Assembly (NCBI GenBank): GCA_023213395.1
Contig: CM041465.1
Coordinates: forward strand, 81,413,741-81,477,740
Origin: Cycas panzhihuaensis
Taxonomy: Eukaryota > Plantae > Cycadophyta
DNA: 64,000 nucleotides
Direction of reading: 5' to 3'
The notes beneath the pieces were generated by a model. The model saw nothing but the letters and a program-made list of their open reading frames with translations, did no database searches and had not been told where the DNA came from. Positions 63,785 to 64,000 of this stretch are shown here, piece by piece; within the stretch, counting starts at the first letter, position 1; the number at the start of each line of letters is the position of its first letter. The position numbers and the translations under genes were made by a program.

Positions 63785-64000
63785 CTGTATAGATCTGGGG
63801 GAATACCTCTCAGACTATTACCTCTACCAATCTTGCCATCTCTGCTACTCCTACCAAGTCAAACACATCATATATTTGTCTATATATCTATATATGAAAA
63901 TCTCAAAACCGAATTAAAGCAAGCTATTTAAGCACATAGTGGTTGAAAGGCATCAGAAATGGGTAGTGTCTCACCTCCTAGGATGGTTGGCTCCTCAACA
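63785..64000 (-). pseudogene. Part of a second copy of the antisense PMD-gene, including its intron (63851-63974)
   Basis: The reverse complement matches ~44460-44685, with gag|gtgagacactaccc and ttggtag|gagtag conserved. Confidence 0.8.

Larger units (their letters stand above)
45275..64000 (+). mobile_element. Ty3/gypsy Tat-type element: 5' LTR, PBS, gag-PR-RT-RH-INT, continuing beyond the window and carrying two nested insertions
   Basis: LTR at 45275-48520 and PBS tggtgaccatattgggga at 48522-48539. Gag KLFPRSL*GDALKWF (~50050), protease VDNGSYVN (~51480), RT IRICVDFRDINNACPRDNFPLP, RNase H ERAIYFIS…, integrase ECHNRICKGHF and YYP*ANGQIESFNK. Confidence 0.93.

Noticed and set aside
1-64000. 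CRISPR arrays, tRNA/rRNA genes, prokaryotic operons
   Set aside because: None seen. The tRNA-complementary motifs are retrotransposon PBSs, and the remaining short ORFs in the track are TE fragments or chance ORFs in AT-rich DNA.

Overview
AT-rich land-plant nuclear DNA (inference: probably a non-flowering vascular plant) made almost entirely of decayed and nested retrotransposons. There is one intact host gene: an intronless germin-like protein (12429-13100, +) that lacks both otherwise conserved cysteines and sits in a CpG-rich island. The left half holds two L1-type LINEs (one with RNase H), several copies of an AT-rich LTR family, and Copia fragments. The right half is a nest of elements. 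A minus-strand Tat-type Ty3/gypsy element (3.1-kb 3' LTR) carries, in its 3' region, a free-standing archaeal-type RNase H and an antisense, intron-containing plant-mobile-domain (PMD) gene. It is interrupted by a plus-strand relative (3.2-kb LTR, gag-PR-RT-RH-INT), which in turn holds two gag-only (TR-GAG-like) LTR elements with LTR pairs and TSDs. The second of these has captured host coding sequence, including a clear CFIm25 (NUDT21/CPSF5) fragment fused in frame to a coiled-coil fragment. All domain calls come from manual translation and motif recognition, not database searches. Boundaries of the oldest elements are approximate.
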